From NCBI GenBank assembly GCA_965279515.1, contig CBDIID010000003.1, positions 2,048,001-2,112,000 of the forward strand: a stretch of DNA of 64,000 nt, in the 5' to 3' direction. The translations under genes and the position numbers were made by a program. The DNA is from Turneriella sp. GTDB taxonomy: Bacteria; Spirochaetota; Leptospiria; Turneriellales; Turneriellaceae. The notes below the pieces were generated by a model. That model saw only the letters and a list, made by a program, of their open reading frames with translations. It did no database searches and was not told where the DNA came from. This document shows positions 28,569 through 39,712 of this stretch, in pieces. The first letter of the stretch is position 1; every line of letters begins with the position of its first letter.

Positions 28569-31500
28569 TTAAACGCGCCGCTTTTTCCGTTTCTTTTTCG
28601 GCGACTCTTCAGCGTCTTCGGCAAAGCCAATTTCAACCGTAGCAGCCGGCAACGCGGGATACGCCGGTGCTGAAGACGTAAGCGGCGGCGGAACCGGGCC
28701 GCGTCTGGAGAAAATCATCGTGTAGAGTGCAGGCAGAAGCAGCGCAGTGAGCATCGTCGCAATAATAAGACCGCCGATCACCACACTCGCCAGGGGTTTT
28801 TGAACCTCAGAACCCAGTCCCGAGTTGATCGCCATCGGCAGAAAACCGAGGCCGGCCACAAGAGTTGTGATGATCACGGGCCTGAAACGATCGAGAGTGC
28901 CTTCGAGTACGAGTTTCTTTACATCCGCGTCGGGGAATTTCTCTCGTTGTTCATCATAATGGCTTACGAGAACGAGACTGTTGAGAATCGCAATGCCCAT
29001 AAGAGCAATAAATCCCACACCCGCTGAGATACTGAAATTAATACCGATCGCGTTGAGAGTCAAAACCCCGCCAACGATCGCCGTCGGTATGCCCATAAAA
29101 ACGAGCAGCGACTGCTTATAGCTGCCGAAATAACGGATCAGCAGCAAAAAGATGGCGGCGAGCGTAATCGGAACGATGATCGCGAGGCGAGCCTTGGCGC
29201 GCTGCAAATTCTTAAACTGCCCGCCCCAGGTGATCTGATAAAACTCGGGCAACTGCAGTTCCTGGCTGATCGCCGCTTTGGCATTTCTCACAAATGTCTC
29301 AACGTCGATGTCGCCGAGGTTAATCGACAGCGCAGCATAACGACGTCCCTGGCTGCGCGCAATCGTTGAAACCTGATCCCGTTCTTCAATATTCGCGACC
29401 TTGTAGAGCGGCACGCTGCCGCCGGCATCGAGGCCAACCGGAATATTACGGATCTGTTTCACATCGTTGCGCAATTTAGGATCGAGCCGCGTGATGATGG
29501 GAAACCGGAACGCCCCCTCGTAGAGATTGCCGATCTTATGCCCGCTCATCGCCATTTCGACGACCCGGTTGACGTCTTGTAAGGCGAGGCCGTAGTATGA
29601 AATCGCGTTATAGTTGAGCTCAATGTCGAGTACCGGGCTTTTTGTCAGCGCAATAATCGGGTCGGATTGTACGCTGGCGACACCCTTGATTTTTTCGACG
29701 ATCGCTTTTCCCTTATCGGAAAGTTCTGCGAGTTTATCGATGTCGAGACCATAGATCCTCATCGTGACATCAGCGCGCGAGCCCTCTAGCATTTCGTTGA
29801 AACGCATCTCGATGGGCTGGGTTTTTGAGGCTTCCTGCTGGCCGATAGATTTATCGGCTGCGATGGCATCGATCATTTCCTGGTATAACGCGTCTTTGCT
29901 GATAGTTTTTCCGTTTTTCTTTCTCCACTTAGAGAGATCTTTTTCGAGAATAACGAAGGTGTCTGAGAAAAACACACCCGCGGGGTCGGTTGCCGACTGC
30001 GGAGTACCAAAGCGGCTAAAAACCTCTTTCACCTCGGGAAAACTCTTGATGATGTCGTCGGATTTTTTCTGCGTGGCCAGAACAGAATCATAGCCCGCAT
30101 AGACCGGCCGGCTGAAGTTGATGACCATATCACCTTCGTTGAGCTGAGGAATAAAATCTCCACCCATGCGGAAAAACAAACCGACCGAAAGGACAGTGAG
30201 TGCCAGGGTGGGTAAGATAATCGGCCAGGGCCGGTTCAGGGCAAAATTCAGCAGCGGCTCATAACCCTTAAGTATATAACGCAGGATAAAGGGGGTCGGA
30301 TGCCCACCGGTGTGGGAATCTTTATGCACTTTCAGCTTGAAAAACATGTACCCGAGTACGGGCATCAGTACAATTGCCAGCACGAGACTCGCCGCAATCG
30401 CGAGCAGCACCGTCTGCGCCATGGGCCTGAACATTTTGCCTTCGACGCCTTCGAGCGCAAAAAGCGGAATGAACACACCCATGATGATGACAAGCGCAGT
30501 AATAATAGGCTTCAATACCTCGATTGAAGATTCGAGAATCAGGTTGCGCTTTCGGTGTCCCTCGAGCGGCAGCGACCAGTCATGCTCTTCCATGCGCCGT
30601 ATCATGTTTTCGAACATCACCACGGAACCATCGACCAAAAGACCAAAGTCGATGGCGCCAAGGCTCATCAGGTTACCCGAAACGTTAAAGTAGTTCATCC
30701 CGATCACGGCAATCAGCATTGAAATCGGAATCGCCAGCGAAACGAGAATCGCGGCCCGCACATTGCCGAGAATCATTAATAATACAACAACGACAAACCC
30801 GGCACCCTCGGCGAGATTCTTAAAGACGGTCTTGATTGTTGCATTCACGAGGTAGTCGCGCGAATAAAGCGCACGTACCTGGACATCCTGAGGCAGATCG
30901 AGCTCCTTGAAGGCTTCGCCGATCGCCGCGGCAACGTTGCGGCTATTGGCACCGGCAAGCATCATCGGCATACCGATCACGGCTTCTTCACCGCGGTAAG
31001 TCGCACCGCCGAGCGGCTGCGGATGATGAATGGTCACTTCGCAAATCTCGCCCAATTTAACAGGTGCACCAAAAAACGAGCGTTTGACCGGCACTTTTCG
31101 GATTTTGTCGAGATCGGTCACACGCCCGAGCGTACGGATGACAATCTGCTTTCCGTCGCGCTGGATATAGCCGCCGCCATAATTCTCACCGATCGTGTTG
31201 AGACGTTCTGCCACCTGTTCAATCGTCAGGCCGTATTGCTCGAGCTTCTTGGTATTGATGTTAACGTGGATTTCTTTCGGATAGCCGCCAAAGGTATCGA
31301 CATCGGCCACACCTTTGACGCCTTTGAGCTGCCGTTTAATCGTGTAATCCTGAACGGTTCGCAGGTAGATGAGGCGATCTTTCGCCGGCTTTTTCGCCAT
31401 CTCGCTGCCGGGCTTTGCTTCGACAACGTAGAAAAAAACTTCCCCGAGGCCTGTCGAAAGCGGGGCAAGCTCAGGTACGATGCCGGCGGGCAGTGAATCC

Positions 31501-31853
31501 TGAACCTGGTTCAGGCGTTCGCTGATTTGTTGCCGGGCTAGATAGACATTCGTGTCTTCTTCGAAAACGATTGTAATCAGGGAGAGACCATACTTGGAGA
31601 TCGAACGTATCTCCTCCACTTTGGGAATCCCCTGTAATTCGGTTTCAATGATATAGGTAACGGTGGATTCCACCTTTTGCGGATCGAGCGCGCCTGTTTT
31701 TGTAATCACCATCGACTGGACGTTCGTGATATCCGGCACCGCATCGACGGGCAGCCGCAGCGCCGAAAACACGCCGGCGATACAGAGCATGACAACCGCG
31801 CCGAGCAGAATCGGGCGGTTATTCAGCGCGCCATCAATGATTTTGGAAAACAT
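28569..31853 (-). CDS. czcA: CusA/CzcA family heavy-metal RND permease
   Basis: DAVPDITNVQ, NLMSLGAIDFGLLVDG, EGKMFRPMA, GSEVQKPLA. Confidence 0.93.
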   Translation of the reverse strand: MFSKIIDGALNNRPILLGAVVMLCIAGVFSALRLPVDAVPDITNVQSMVITKTGALDPQKVESTVTYIIETELQGIPKVEEIRSISKYGLSLITIVFEEDTNVYLARQQISERLNQVQDSLPAGIVPELAPLSTGLGEVFFYVVEAKPGSEMAKKPAKDRLIYLRTVQDYTIKRQLKGVKGVADVDTFGGYPKEIHVNINTKKLEQYGLTIEQVAERLNTIGENYGGGYIQRDGKQIVIRTLGRVTDLDKIRKVPVKRSFFGAPVKLGEICEVTIHHPQPLGGATYRGEEAVIGMPMMLAGANSRNVAAAIGEAFKELDLPQDVQVRALYSRDYLVNATIKTVFKNLAEGAGFVVVVLLMILGNVRAAILVSLAIPISMLIAVIGMNYFNVSGNLMSLGAIDFGLLVDGSVVMFENMIRRMEEHDWSLPLEGHRKRNLILESSIEVLKPIITALVIIMGVFIPLFALEGVEGKMFRPMAQTVLLAIAASLVLAIVLMPVLGYMFFKLKVHKDSHTGGHPTPFILRYILKGYEPLLNFALNRPWPIILPTLALTVLSVGLFFRMGGDFIPQLNEGDMVINFSRPVYAGYDSVLATQKKSDDIIKSFPEVKEVFSRFGTPQSATDPAGVFFSDTFVILEKDLSKWRKKNGKTISKDALYQEMIDAIAADKSIGQQEASKTQPIEMRFNEMLEGSRADVTMRIYGLDIDKLAELSDKGKAIVEKIKGVASVQSDPIIALTKSPVLDIELNYNAISYYGLALQDVNRVVEMAMSGHKIGNLYEGAFRFPIITRLDPKLRNDVKQIRNIPVGLDAGGSVPLYKVANIEERDQVSTIARSQGRRYAALSINLGDIDVETFVRNAKAAISQELQLPEFYQITWGGQFKNLQRAKARLAIIVPITLAAIFLLLIRYFGSYKQSLLVFMGIPTAIVGGVLTLNAIGINFSISAGVGFIALMGIAILNSLVLVSHYDEQREKFPDADVKKLVLEGTLDRFRPVIITTLVAGLGFLPMAINSGLGSEVQKPLASVVIGGLIIATMLTALLLPALYTMIFSRRGPVPPPLTSSAPAYPALPAATVEIGFAEDAEESPKKKRKKRRV

Positions 31854-33123
31854 AGAGATCCCCTTGATATATCACACTGTCGCCCATAAGATAAATCATC
31901 TGCGCAATGACCTTGACGAGTTCGAGCTGGGTTTCATAATAAGAACTAAGCGCTTCATGCGTTTTCAGCTCCAGTTCAAGATACGAAAGCAGGTCGATGC
32001 GGCCAAGTTTCAGCTCACGATCGGCAAATTGCATCTGTTTCTCCAGCACGGGAAGCTGGTCGGCCTTAAAGTCATCAAACAGTTTTTTCTTCTGCATATA
32101 TTCGGCATGCGCAGCGCGGGCCAGTTGTAATACTTCGCGTTGCGTGTACTTGCCTTCATTGCGCGCCGCATCAAGCCTTTTCTCTGCGGCTTCGACCCCG
32201 GCTCGATTGGCATTCAAAACAGGAATCGGCACTGTGACCGCGCCTCCATAAAACTGGTTTGCTCCTGGAGTTTCAATGGCCTCCCGCCGGTAAAAAGCAC
32301 TGACGCTAACGTCTGGTAAGGGCACACGTTTCTGAAAAGAGACTTCAGCCTCAATACGCGCAAGCAAAACTTTCCTCGATTTGAGGCGACGGTTTCCTTC
32401 TCGTACCTTGTTGATAAAATCCACGATATCGATATCGCGCAGGTCAGAAAGCCAGGGTGTAATGACCTTTACCTTTTCTCTTTGATTCAGGTAAACATTC
32501 AGCTTTTGCCATGAACTTTCGGATTCCGCAAGCTCCTGATTCAGGGTTTTCTGCAAGGCAATGAGCTGGCTGGAAACAATGTTACGCTGAATGATCTTTG
32601 CGGGCGAAGCATAAGCCTGGGCGCGCATATACGTGCGCATAAGAGACATGCGTTTAATGCGCTCTTTGCTATGCGAAGCGCGTAACTCTGCAATTGAAAA
32701 AGCATATGCGTAGTACGCCGCCTCGAGCGAGAGCGATTCCGCAAGATCATCGCCTTCAATTTTCTGAATCTCAGCCTCACGCTCGTAAACTTCCAGCTGC
32801 TTGCTCATCTTTCCCGGAAAATAAATCGGCTGCGTCACGCGGAAGTCATAGGTCATGTTATTGTTCTGCGTGTCTTTGAGACGCCCCAACTCGGCAGAAA
32901 CGATCGGATTCTGCCATGCGGTGGCCTGGCGACCCTGCGCTTCAGTACTTTGTACCTTTAAGCGCTGCGCCTGAATCAGTTCGCTGTGCCCGCGCACGCG
33001 CTCGCTGATCTGCAGCAGCGTAAATTCCGCGCGCTCTTCCGCGCCTTCAGTTTCGATGAGCTCGTTTTCCGCAGCGCCAACCGGCGCAATCAGCAAAATG
33101 CACAGGTACTTCGCAAATCTCAT
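31834..33123 (-). CDS. TolC/CzcC family outer-membrane efflux protein
   Basis: Signal peptide; WQNP..TQPIYFPGK; VPIPVLNANR; directly upstream of czcA. Confidence 0.85.
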   Translation of the reverse strand: MRFAKYLCILLIAPVGAAENELIETEGAEERAEFTLLQISERVRGHSELIQAQRLKVQSTEAQGRQATAWQNPIVSAELGRLKDTQNNNMTYDFRVTQPIYFPGKMSKQLEVYEREAEIQKIEGDDLAESLSLEAAYYAYAFSIAELRASHSKERIKRMSLMRTYMRAQAYASPAKIIQRNIVSSQLIALQKTLNQELAESESSWQKLNVYLNQREKVKVITPWLSDLRDIDIVDFINKVREGNRRLKSRKVLLARIEAEVSFQKRVPLPDVSVSAFYRREAIETPGANQFYGGAVTVPIPVLNANRAGVEAAEKRLDAARNEGKYTQREVLQLARAAHAEYMQKKKLFDDFKADQLPVLEKQMQFADRELKLGRIDLLSYLELELKTHEALSSYYETQLELVKVIAQMIYLMGDSVIYQGDLYVFQNH

Positions 33124-33153
33124 AACGGCATACCCCCATGGTCAGACATGCTG

Positions 33154-33912
33154 TTAACCAATTCCGGGGCGCTCACCCACACCCTCGAAATAATCGTGAA
33201 AACGTGGGCTAAACCCGGCGCTGGATATTTTTTCATTGCTGATAACTCTCGACCTATCTTTTGCTGCGGGCACAGAGACTCCAAAACGGGCGAGAATCGT
33301 GCTGCGCCATTGCGGTCTGCCGTCGTGGATGTTATAGACACCTGACAGATTCCCGGTAATACATTGCGCTATTGCCGCCACCGCATCGTCCCTGTGGATA
33401 AAATGAATCAATTTATCTTCTTCGTACTTCAGACTATGCTGCCCATAGATTGGCCGGTCGTGGCTATAGAGCCCGGCCAGGCGCAAGACCACCGACTGCG
33501 GTTGCGAGAGAGCAACCGCTTCCGCTTCGAGCAGAATTCGGGCTCTCTCTGTATGAGCTGACCCTGCTTCTTCAGAATAGGTTCCAGGCGCATCGGGATA
33601 TACTGCAGTGCTGGATATATATATATACTGGCGTGCATGTAGTGACTGCAGAAAGTTTTTCTGCGCCGCGACATAGGTCTGCTCATACAGCACGCCGGAT
33701 CTGCTTCCCGGAGCCAGGCAAAAAACTGCGACATCAAAATCGTAGCTGCTGAGCTGCGGCGGCGCCATGATCAGATCACCTTTAACAAATTCAATGCCAT
33801 TCACAGCCTGCGCCGCGGAACGTCTTAAAACAGTGACATGGTGGCCTGCTGCGGCAAATTTTTCCGCAATTTTTGCCCCCAGATAACCATAACCTGCCAG
33901 CAGAATCCGCAC
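33154..33912 (-). CDS. Atypical SDR / NAD-dependent epimerase (YeeZ-like)
   Basis: GYGYLG, ISSTAVY, LRLAGLY, IHRDD. Confidence 0.85.
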   Translation of the reverse strand: MRILLAGYGYLGAKIAEKFAAAGHHVTVLRRSAAQAVNGIEFVKGDLIMAPPQLSSYDFDVAVFCLAPGSRSGVLYEQTYVAAQKNFLQSLHARQYIYISSTAVYPDAPGTYSEEAGSAHTERARILLEAEAVALSQPQSVVLRLAGLYSHDRPIYGQHSLKYEEDKLIHFIHRDDAVAAIAQCITGNLSGVYNIHDGRPQWRSTILARFGVSVPAAKDRSRVISNEKISSAGFSPRFHDYFEGVGERPGIG

Positions 33913-33988
33913 GGGAAGTTCTGCAATCCGGAATCAGGCCAGCGAGAAGAAAGTGACGCCGGCGCTCGCGCATGGTTTTGGACTATGC

Positions 33989-35419
33989 GTGTTCGCCCGC
34001 CTCGACTATGATTTTTTCACCGTCGCTTCTGTCTGTGCGTCTGCCAAACCCTCGCCCTACACACCGGACATCCGCCTTTCTTCCGTTACCAATTCATCGC
34101 TCGAAGTGAAGCCGGGTTCGCTCTTTGTGCCCCTCGCCGACCGGCGTGACGGGCATGATTTTATTGCCGACGCTTTGAGCCACGGAGCCGCGGCGTTTTT
34201 TCTCCAGGAAAACCACCCCATAAAAAAGAAACTCGATGCTGCCGCACTCGCGAAAGCGATTATTGTGGCCGACCCTCTTCTCGCGCTGGGTGCCCTTGCA
34301 CGTTTTCACCGCAACCGTTTCTCGCCCTTCGTTATCGCCGTTACCGGTTCCAACGGCAAAACGACCACGAAAGAAATGCTGGCACAGATTTTCCGGCACG
34401 CCCTGGGCAAGCGCTGCATCGCCACCGAAAAAAACTACAATAACCATATCGGTCTGCCGTTTACGCTATTCTCGATCCGGCGCGACACGCGCGTCGCGGT
34501 GCTCGAGATGGGCATGAACCATGCCGGTGAAATCGCGTATCTCTCGCGCCTCGCGCGTCCCGATGCTGCCGTGATATCCAGCATCGGCCATGCGCACATT
34601 GAGTTCTTCCGTTCGCGCGCCGGCATTGCTGCGGCCAAGGCTGAAATAACCGAAGGGATGACCAGGGGGGGATTCCTCTACCTGCCGGAGGAAATTGCCG
34701 AACTCAAAACTCTCGCACATATCGCGGCGGACAAAAAAATCCAGGTTAAGAAAATTTCTCCGAAACGAGACGGCGCGGTGCGCATCTCTTCCGCAACCGC
34801 GCAGGGCTTTGAACTCAAGATCAGCCGCGAATCCGTGCACTTCCCCCACGCGAATGCCGCCTGGGTTTCGAATTTCGCATTAGCCGCGGCAGTGGCTGCT
34901 GACAATGGCATCGGCAGCGAGGTCATCGCAAAGACAGCAAGGAACTTCAAGCCTGCCGCGGGCAGAATGCAGCTGCGAAGGGTACGCGTCGCGGCGATGC
35001 CGGCTGGCAAGGTTGCGATCAGCCTTACCGTCATCGATGACGGTTACAATGCAAACCCGGATTCCGCGGTATCCTCGATCGATGCCGCAATACAGTTGGC
35101 CGACGGCAAACCTGTAATCTGTGTGTTTGGTGATTTTAAAGAGATGGGTAAATTCAGCCGGGCGCTGCATGCCTGGACGGGTGAGCAGGCCGCGAAAAAA
35201 GGTGTGAGTGCATTTTATGGCGTCGGCCGCGATATGACACATGCGGTCAGGGCGTTTGCCAGAACTTCCGGCAAAAAATTGCGCAGCTACAGCTTTGCGC
35301 GCGAAACGCCTGAGAAGCTGTTAACACAACTCAGGCAAGAATCCAGTGGTTCTGTAATTCTCGTCAAAGGTTCGCGGGCCATGAAAATGGAAGAGATCGT
35401 GGCGGCACTCGCCGGCTGA
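33989..35419 (+). CDS. murF: UDP-MurNAc-tripeptide:D-Ala-D-Ala ligase (start uncertain; ORF extends to 33953)
   Basis: TGSNGKTTTK, NNHIGLP, EMGMNHAGEI, DGYNANP, KGSR. Confidence 0.95.
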   Translation: MFARLDYDFFTVASVCASAKPSPYTPDIRLSSVTNSSLEVKPGSLFVPLADRRDGHDFIADALSHGAAAFFLQENHPIKKKLDAAALAKAIIVADPLLALGALARFHRNRFSPFVIAVTGSNGKTTTKEMLAQIFRHALGKRCIATEKNYNNHIGLPFTLFSIRRDTRVAVLEMGMNHAGEIAYLSRLARPDAAVISSIGHAHIEFFRSRAGIAAAKAEITEGMTRGGFLYLPEEIAELKTLAHIAADKKIQVKKISPKRDGAVRISSATAQGFELKISRESVHFPHANAAWVSNFALAAAVAADNGIGSEVIAKTARNFKPAAGRMQLRRVRVAAMPAGKVAISLTVIDDGYNANPDSAVSSIDAAIQLADGKPVICVFGDFKEMGKFSRALHAWTGEQAAKKGVSAFYGVGRDMTHAVRAFARTSGKKLRSYSFARETPEKLLTQLRQESSGSVILVKGSRAMKMEEIVAALAG

Positions 35420-35446
35420 GAAAGATGATACTCGTTCAGCGCTGAT

Positions 35447-35890
35447 ATGGATTCTTTCTCGCGGGCTTTTCTCTACGCGGCTTTGGCTGCGATCGGCAAT
35501 GGCATTTTTGTCTACGGGCAGAAAAAATCCGCCATTTCCGGAAACCCCTTTATCTTTTTGATCTGGTCACTCCTGATTTGCGTCGCACTTCTGGCCTTGT
35601 CTGCGGTATTTTTTCCGAAGGCAGATTATGTCACATACCTCAAAGAAAACTACAAACCCGCGCTGATTTCGGGCGGCGGGCTTTTTCTTACCTATGTGGG
35701 TTTTTATTTTCTCTATGCCGGTTTCGGGGCTTCGTATTATATTCTATACGGCATCCTTTCGATGCTCACAACCTCGATCATCGTCGGCATTGTGGTTTTC
35801 AAAGAGGAATACAACCTGTACTATTTTCTCGCGACCGTCAGTGCGATGGTCACGGTATTTTTGTTCTATCTCGGAAAGAAAGGCCGCTGA
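35447..35890 (+). CDS. Small 5-TM DMT/EamA-like membrane protein
   Basis: Five hydrophobic segments, size of a single EamA unit. Confidence 0.65.
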   Translation: MDSFSRAFLYAALAAIGNGIFVYGQKKSAISGNPFIFLIWSLLICVALLALSAVFFPKADYVTYLKENYKPALISGGGLFLTYVGFYFLYAGFGASYYILYGILSMLTTSIIVGIVVFKEEYNLYYFLATVSAMVTVFLFYLGKKGR

Positions 35891-35908
35891 ACCCGGCAAC
35901 ATCCGGCT

Positions 35909-36934
35909 TTACTTATGTTTTGCCAGGTACCACTCGACGGTCTTTCTGATTCCACTCTCAAAATTCTCCGCCGCTTTCCATCCTAATTGTGATTCAATTT
36001 TTGTAGCGTCGATGGCATAACGCCGGTCATGCCCGGGTCGATCGGCAACAAAACTGATCAGTTCCTTGTAATGTGAAATTTTAAGCCCGCGCCCCGCGGG
36101 CGGCGCGATTTCCTGCAACAGGTCGGTAATCGCGCCGACGATTTGCAGGTTATTGCGCTCGTTGCGGCCGCCGATATTGTACGTTTCTCCCGCTTTACCG
36201 CTATGGAATGCCAGATCGATGCCGGTGCAGTGGTCGCGTACAAACAGCCAATCCCTTACGTTTTTGCCGTCGCCATAGATCGGGATTTTTTCGCCAGCCA
36301 GGGCCTTGCGGATAATCGTCGGAATCAGCTTCTCATCGTGCTGGTGCGGGCCATAGTTATTCGAACAGTTGGTAATCACGGTGTTGAGCCCGTATGTGTG
36401 ATGCCATGCGCGCGCGAGAAAATCACTCCCCGCTTTCGATGCGCTGTAAGGGCTATTCGGCGCATACGACGTATCTTCGCGGAATAAACCCGTTTCGCCG
36501 AGCGAACCATAAACTTCATCTGTGGAAACGTGGAGGAATCTGCAATTCTCTTTACCCGTCTTACTTTTGAAGGGAGTCTCCATCCAGTGAGAGCGCGCTG
36601 CCTCCAGAAGGGCGAGAGTTCCCTTGACGTTGGTCTCGATGAAAACGGCAGGCCCGCTGATGGAATTATCGACGTGAGATTCTGCGGCGAAATGCAAGAC
36701 ACCCGTAATATTTTCTTCCGAAAAAAGTTTGTGGAGCAATGCCTGGTCGAGAATGTCGCCTTTCACGAGGCTGTAATGCGGATTACCCTCGAGCGATGCC
36801 AGATACGACGTGTTGGCAGCATAGGTGAGCTTATCGAGGTTAATAATCCTGTAATCCGGATATTTCTCCACCAGGTGCAAAATAAAATTGGAGCCGATAA
36901 ACCCCGCCCCGCCGGTAACCAGAATCGATCTCAT
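35909..36934 (-). CDS. rmlB: dTDP-glucose 4,6-dehydratase
   Basis: GGAGFIG, HFAAESHVD, STDEVYG, YSASK, DRPGHDRRY. Confidence 0.97.
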   Translation of the reverse strand: MRSILVTGGAGFIGSNFILHLVEKYPDYRIINLDKLTYAANTSYLASLEGNPHYSLVKGDILDQALLHKLFSEENITGVLHFAAESHVDNSISGPAVFIETNVKGTLALLEAARSHWMETPFKSKTGKENCRFLHVSTDEVYGSLGETGLFREDTSYAPNSPYSASKAGSDFLARAWHHTYGLNTVITNCSNNYGPHQHDEKLIPTIIRKALAGEKIPIYGDGKNVRDWLFVRDHCTGIDLAFHSGKAGETYNIGGRNERNNLQIVGAITDLLQEIAPPAGRGLKISHYKELISFVADRPGHDRRYAIDATKIESQLGWKAAENFESGIRKTVEWYLAKHK

Positions 36935-37803
36935 TTTTGTGCTCCTTGAAATGCAACCACAGCATCGGCAAGCGCCGCACGCCAGTGGCGGATGGGAAAA
37001 TCAAATGTGGTGGCAAATTTACGGGACCAGAGTGCGCTATATGCCGGTCGCGGTGTAGGCACGGGATACTCCGAAGTCAGAATAGGTTCAACCGGAGTTT
37101 TAATACCGGCAAACTCCAGAATCGCGCTGGCAAAATCGTACCAGGTCGCGACGCCCGTGTTGCTGAAGTGGAATAATTGCGTTGTCTGCGGTGCAGGTTT
37201 GCCGTGCAGGGCTTGCAGCATATGCCAAAGGCCACGCGCCAGGTCGACAGCATAGGTGGGCGAACCGTGCTGGTCGGCAATGACTGTCAGCTTCGGTTTT
37301 TCTTTGCCCAGCCGTATCATCGTCTTCATAAAGTTTGCGCCGAACTCAGAATAGAGCCAGGCAGTCCTGACAATCGCGCCGGAAACACCCGACTCCATAA
37401 AAGCTTTCTCTCCTGCCGCCTTACTCTCCGCATAGACTCCGATCGGGTGAATAATCTGTGTCTCGTCGATCGGCCGGTTGAAACCGCCATGGAACAGAAA
37501 ATCTGTCGAAATATGGACCAGATATATCTTTTTGTCCGCACAAACTTCCGCGAGATTTTTGACTGCAATACTGTTCACAGCAAAAGCTGCGTCGCGCTGC
37601 TGTTCGGCGAGATCGACCTTTGTGTATGCGGCGGCATTGATGACAAAGTCAACGGGGTGCGCGGAAACAAAATTTGCAATTGCACCCTTAGACTCGAGAT
37701 CGAGTTTATCTTTATCTGCAAAAACAGCCTCGACACCGGGGGCTATTGTCTTGCGCAGACTTGTCCCCAATTGACCATCACCGCCGGTGATCAGAACGCG
37801 CAT
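36931..37803 (-). CDS. rmlD: dTDP-4-dehydrorhamnose reductase
   Basis: GGDGQLG, NAAAYTKVD, HISTD, DQHGSPT. Confidence 0.96.
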   Translation of the reverse strand: MRVLITGGDGQLGTSLRKTIAPGVEAVFADKDKLDLESKGAIANFVSAHPVDFVINAAAYTKVDLAEQQRDAAFAVNSIAVKNLAEVCADKKIYLVHISTDFLFHGGFNRPIDETQIIHPIGVYAESKAAGEKAFMESGVSGAIVRTAWLYSEFGANFMKTMIRLGKEKPKLTVIADQHGSPTYAVDLARGLWHMLQALHGKPAPQTTQLFHFSNTGVATWYDFASAILEFAGIKTPVEPILTSEYPVPTPRPAYSALWSRKFATTFDFPIRHWRAALADAVVAFQGAQK

Positions 37804-37806
37804 AAT

Positions 37807-38343
37807 TCAGCGAAAGTACAAGGCATCTTTGAATAGCGGCAAAATGCGGTCTTTTTCGGAAGTCTGAATTTCCTTGTCCATGATACGCCAGTCAATGCCT
37901 AACGCCGGGTCATTGAAGAGAATGCCGCGCTCGTGTTCTTTCGAATAAAAATTATCCACCTTGTACTGAAAAATCGCTTTCTCAGAAAGAACGACGAATC
38001 CGTGCGCAAAACCACGCGGCACGAACAGCTGGTTTAACTTCTTATCATCCAACACATAGGAATATACGGCACCAAAATACGGCGAACTCTTACGGATATC
38101 AACAGCGATATCCAGCACTTCACCGAGGGCGACACGCACCAGCTTCGCCTGGGCCATGGGTTCCATCTGGTAATGAAGACCGCGGAGTACACCGCGGCGG
38201 GAAAGTGATTCGTTGTCCTGCACGAAATTTTCGTCGATACCCCATTTCTCAACGAATGTTTTACGGTTATAGGGCTCGAAAAAATAACCACGGTCATCGC
38301 CGTGGACAGCAGGTTCAATCAGTATCGGTTTTGGGTATTTCAC
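37807..38343 (-). CDS. rmlC: dTDP-4-dehydrorhamnose 3,5-epimerase
   Basis: [25 protein letters not shown]. Confidence 0.96.
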   Translation of the reverse strand: MKYPKPILIEPAVHGDDRGYFFEPYNRKTFVEKWGIDENFVQDNESLSRRGVLRGLHYQMEPMAQAKLVRVALGEVLDIAVDIRKSSPYFGAVYSYVLDDKKLNQLFVPRGFAHGFVVLSEKAIFQYKVDNFYSKEHERGILFNDPALGIDWRIMDKEIQTSEKDRILPLFKDALYFR

Positions 38344-39224
38344 GTCCTTTTGCTCTCGGCCAAACGCAGCAGATATTTACCGTACTCTATTTTTTCCAAT
38401 GGTTTTGCCAGTTTAATAAGTTGGTCTACTGTGATGTAGCCCTTAATAAAAGCAATCTCTTCGATGCAGGCAACTTTAAGCGCCTGGCGTTTTTCAACGA
38501 GGCTTACAAAATGGCTCGCGTCGAGCAGCGAATCGTGCGTACCCGTGTCGAGCCAGGCATAGCCGCGGCCCATAATATTCACGCGCAATTTTTTTTCGTT
38601 CAGATAAACACGGTTAAGATCGGTGATTTCGAGTTCGCCGCGCGGCGACGGCTTTAATGCTTTTGCCTTTGCTACAACGCTATTATCATAAAAATAAAGC
38701 CCGACCACGGCATAATTACTTTTAGGTTTTGCCGGTTTTTCTTCGATCGACAGGGCATTAAAATCTTTATCGAATTCGACAACCCCGTAGCGCTCAGGGT
38801 CATGCACAGGATACGCAAAAACTTCAGCGCCACCATCGCGCTCCGTACGCTGCACCGCCTGGGTTACCAGTTCCGTCAAATGGTGTCCATGGAAGATGTT
38901 ATCCCCCAGTACCAACGCTGCAGCGTCATCGCCAATAAAATCCGCACCGATGACAAACGCCTGGGCCAGGCCGTCAGGCGATGGTTGTTCTGCATAACTG
39001 AATTTAAGACCCAAATCTTCGCCCGTGCCAAGCAGCTCACGAAAGCGCGGCAGATCAGACGGCGTTGAAATTATCAGAATCTCGCGGATACCTGCGAGCA
39101 TGAGGGCTGAAAGCGGATAATAGATCATCGGCTTATCATAAATCGGCATCAGCTGTTTCGAGATGACGCGTGTCACTGGGTAAAGGCGCGTGCCTGATCC
39201 GCCAGCGAGAATAATGCCTTTCAT
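38340..39224 (-). CDS. rmlA: Glucose-1-phosphate thymidylyltransferase
   Basis: [35 protein letters not shown]. Confidence 0.97.
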   Translation of the reverse strand: MKGIILAGGSGTRLYPVTRVISKQLMPIYDKPMIYYPLSALMLAGIREILIISTPSDLPRFRELLGTGEDLGLKFSYAEQPSPDGLAQAFVIGADFIGDDAAALVLGDNIFHGHHLTELVTQAVQRTERDGGAEVFAYPVHDPERYGVVEFDKDFNALSIEEKPAKPKSNYAVVGLYFYDNSVVAKAKALKPSPRGELEITDLNRVYLNEKKLRVNIMGRGYAWLDTGTHDSLLDASHFVSLVEKRQALKVACIEEIAFIKGYITVDQLIKLAKPLEKIEYGKYLLRLAESKRT

Positions 39225-39226
39225 GG

Positions 39227-39712
39227 CTATCGGCCTTTCTTGCGCGCTCTAGTGCTCTTGGCGGTGCTTTTCTGAGGCGCTGCTTCTATGGGGGCTGACC
39301 TGGTGTCTAGCGGGCGTGGCTGCGGATTGATATGCATACGCCGCCTTGCTGATGCATAGGTCAGAGCCGTAAAAAGGCCTATAATGCCAAGCGCGGCCAA
39401 AACGGCATAATAGAGATAACGAATGCGCTCCGCCGCGACACGCTCTGCGTTACGGCGATAAAGCTCTTCGCTAAGCCAGAAAAGCCGCTGGTCCGCCGCC
39501 GAATGCGATTTTTTGAAGCCGTTGGTAATCTTTTGCAGATCTTCGTCGCTGAAGGCTGCCATACCGGCACGAGCCTTGGCGGTATCGGCTTCGAGGAAGT
39601 TTTTTAACGGCGTCGCCAGCGTCTCGGGCAATGATTCGGGCTCAAACTCGGCCCCTATGTTTGCCAAAACGAAGAGCGATGAAAACAGGATTAATTTATG
39701 TATTAAAGCCAT
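39227..39712 (-). CDS. Hypothetical membrane-anchored protein
   Basis: Signal peptide, one C-terminal TM, basic tail; co-oriented in the gene run. Confidence 0.6.
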   Translation of the reverse strand: MALIHKLILFSSLFVLANIGAEFEPESLPETLATPLKNFLEADTAKARAGMAAFSDEDLQKITNGFKKSHSAADQRLFWLSEELYRRNAERVAAERIRYLYYAVLAALGIIGLFTALTYASARRRMHINPQPRPLDTRSAPIEAAPQKSTAKSTRARKKGR

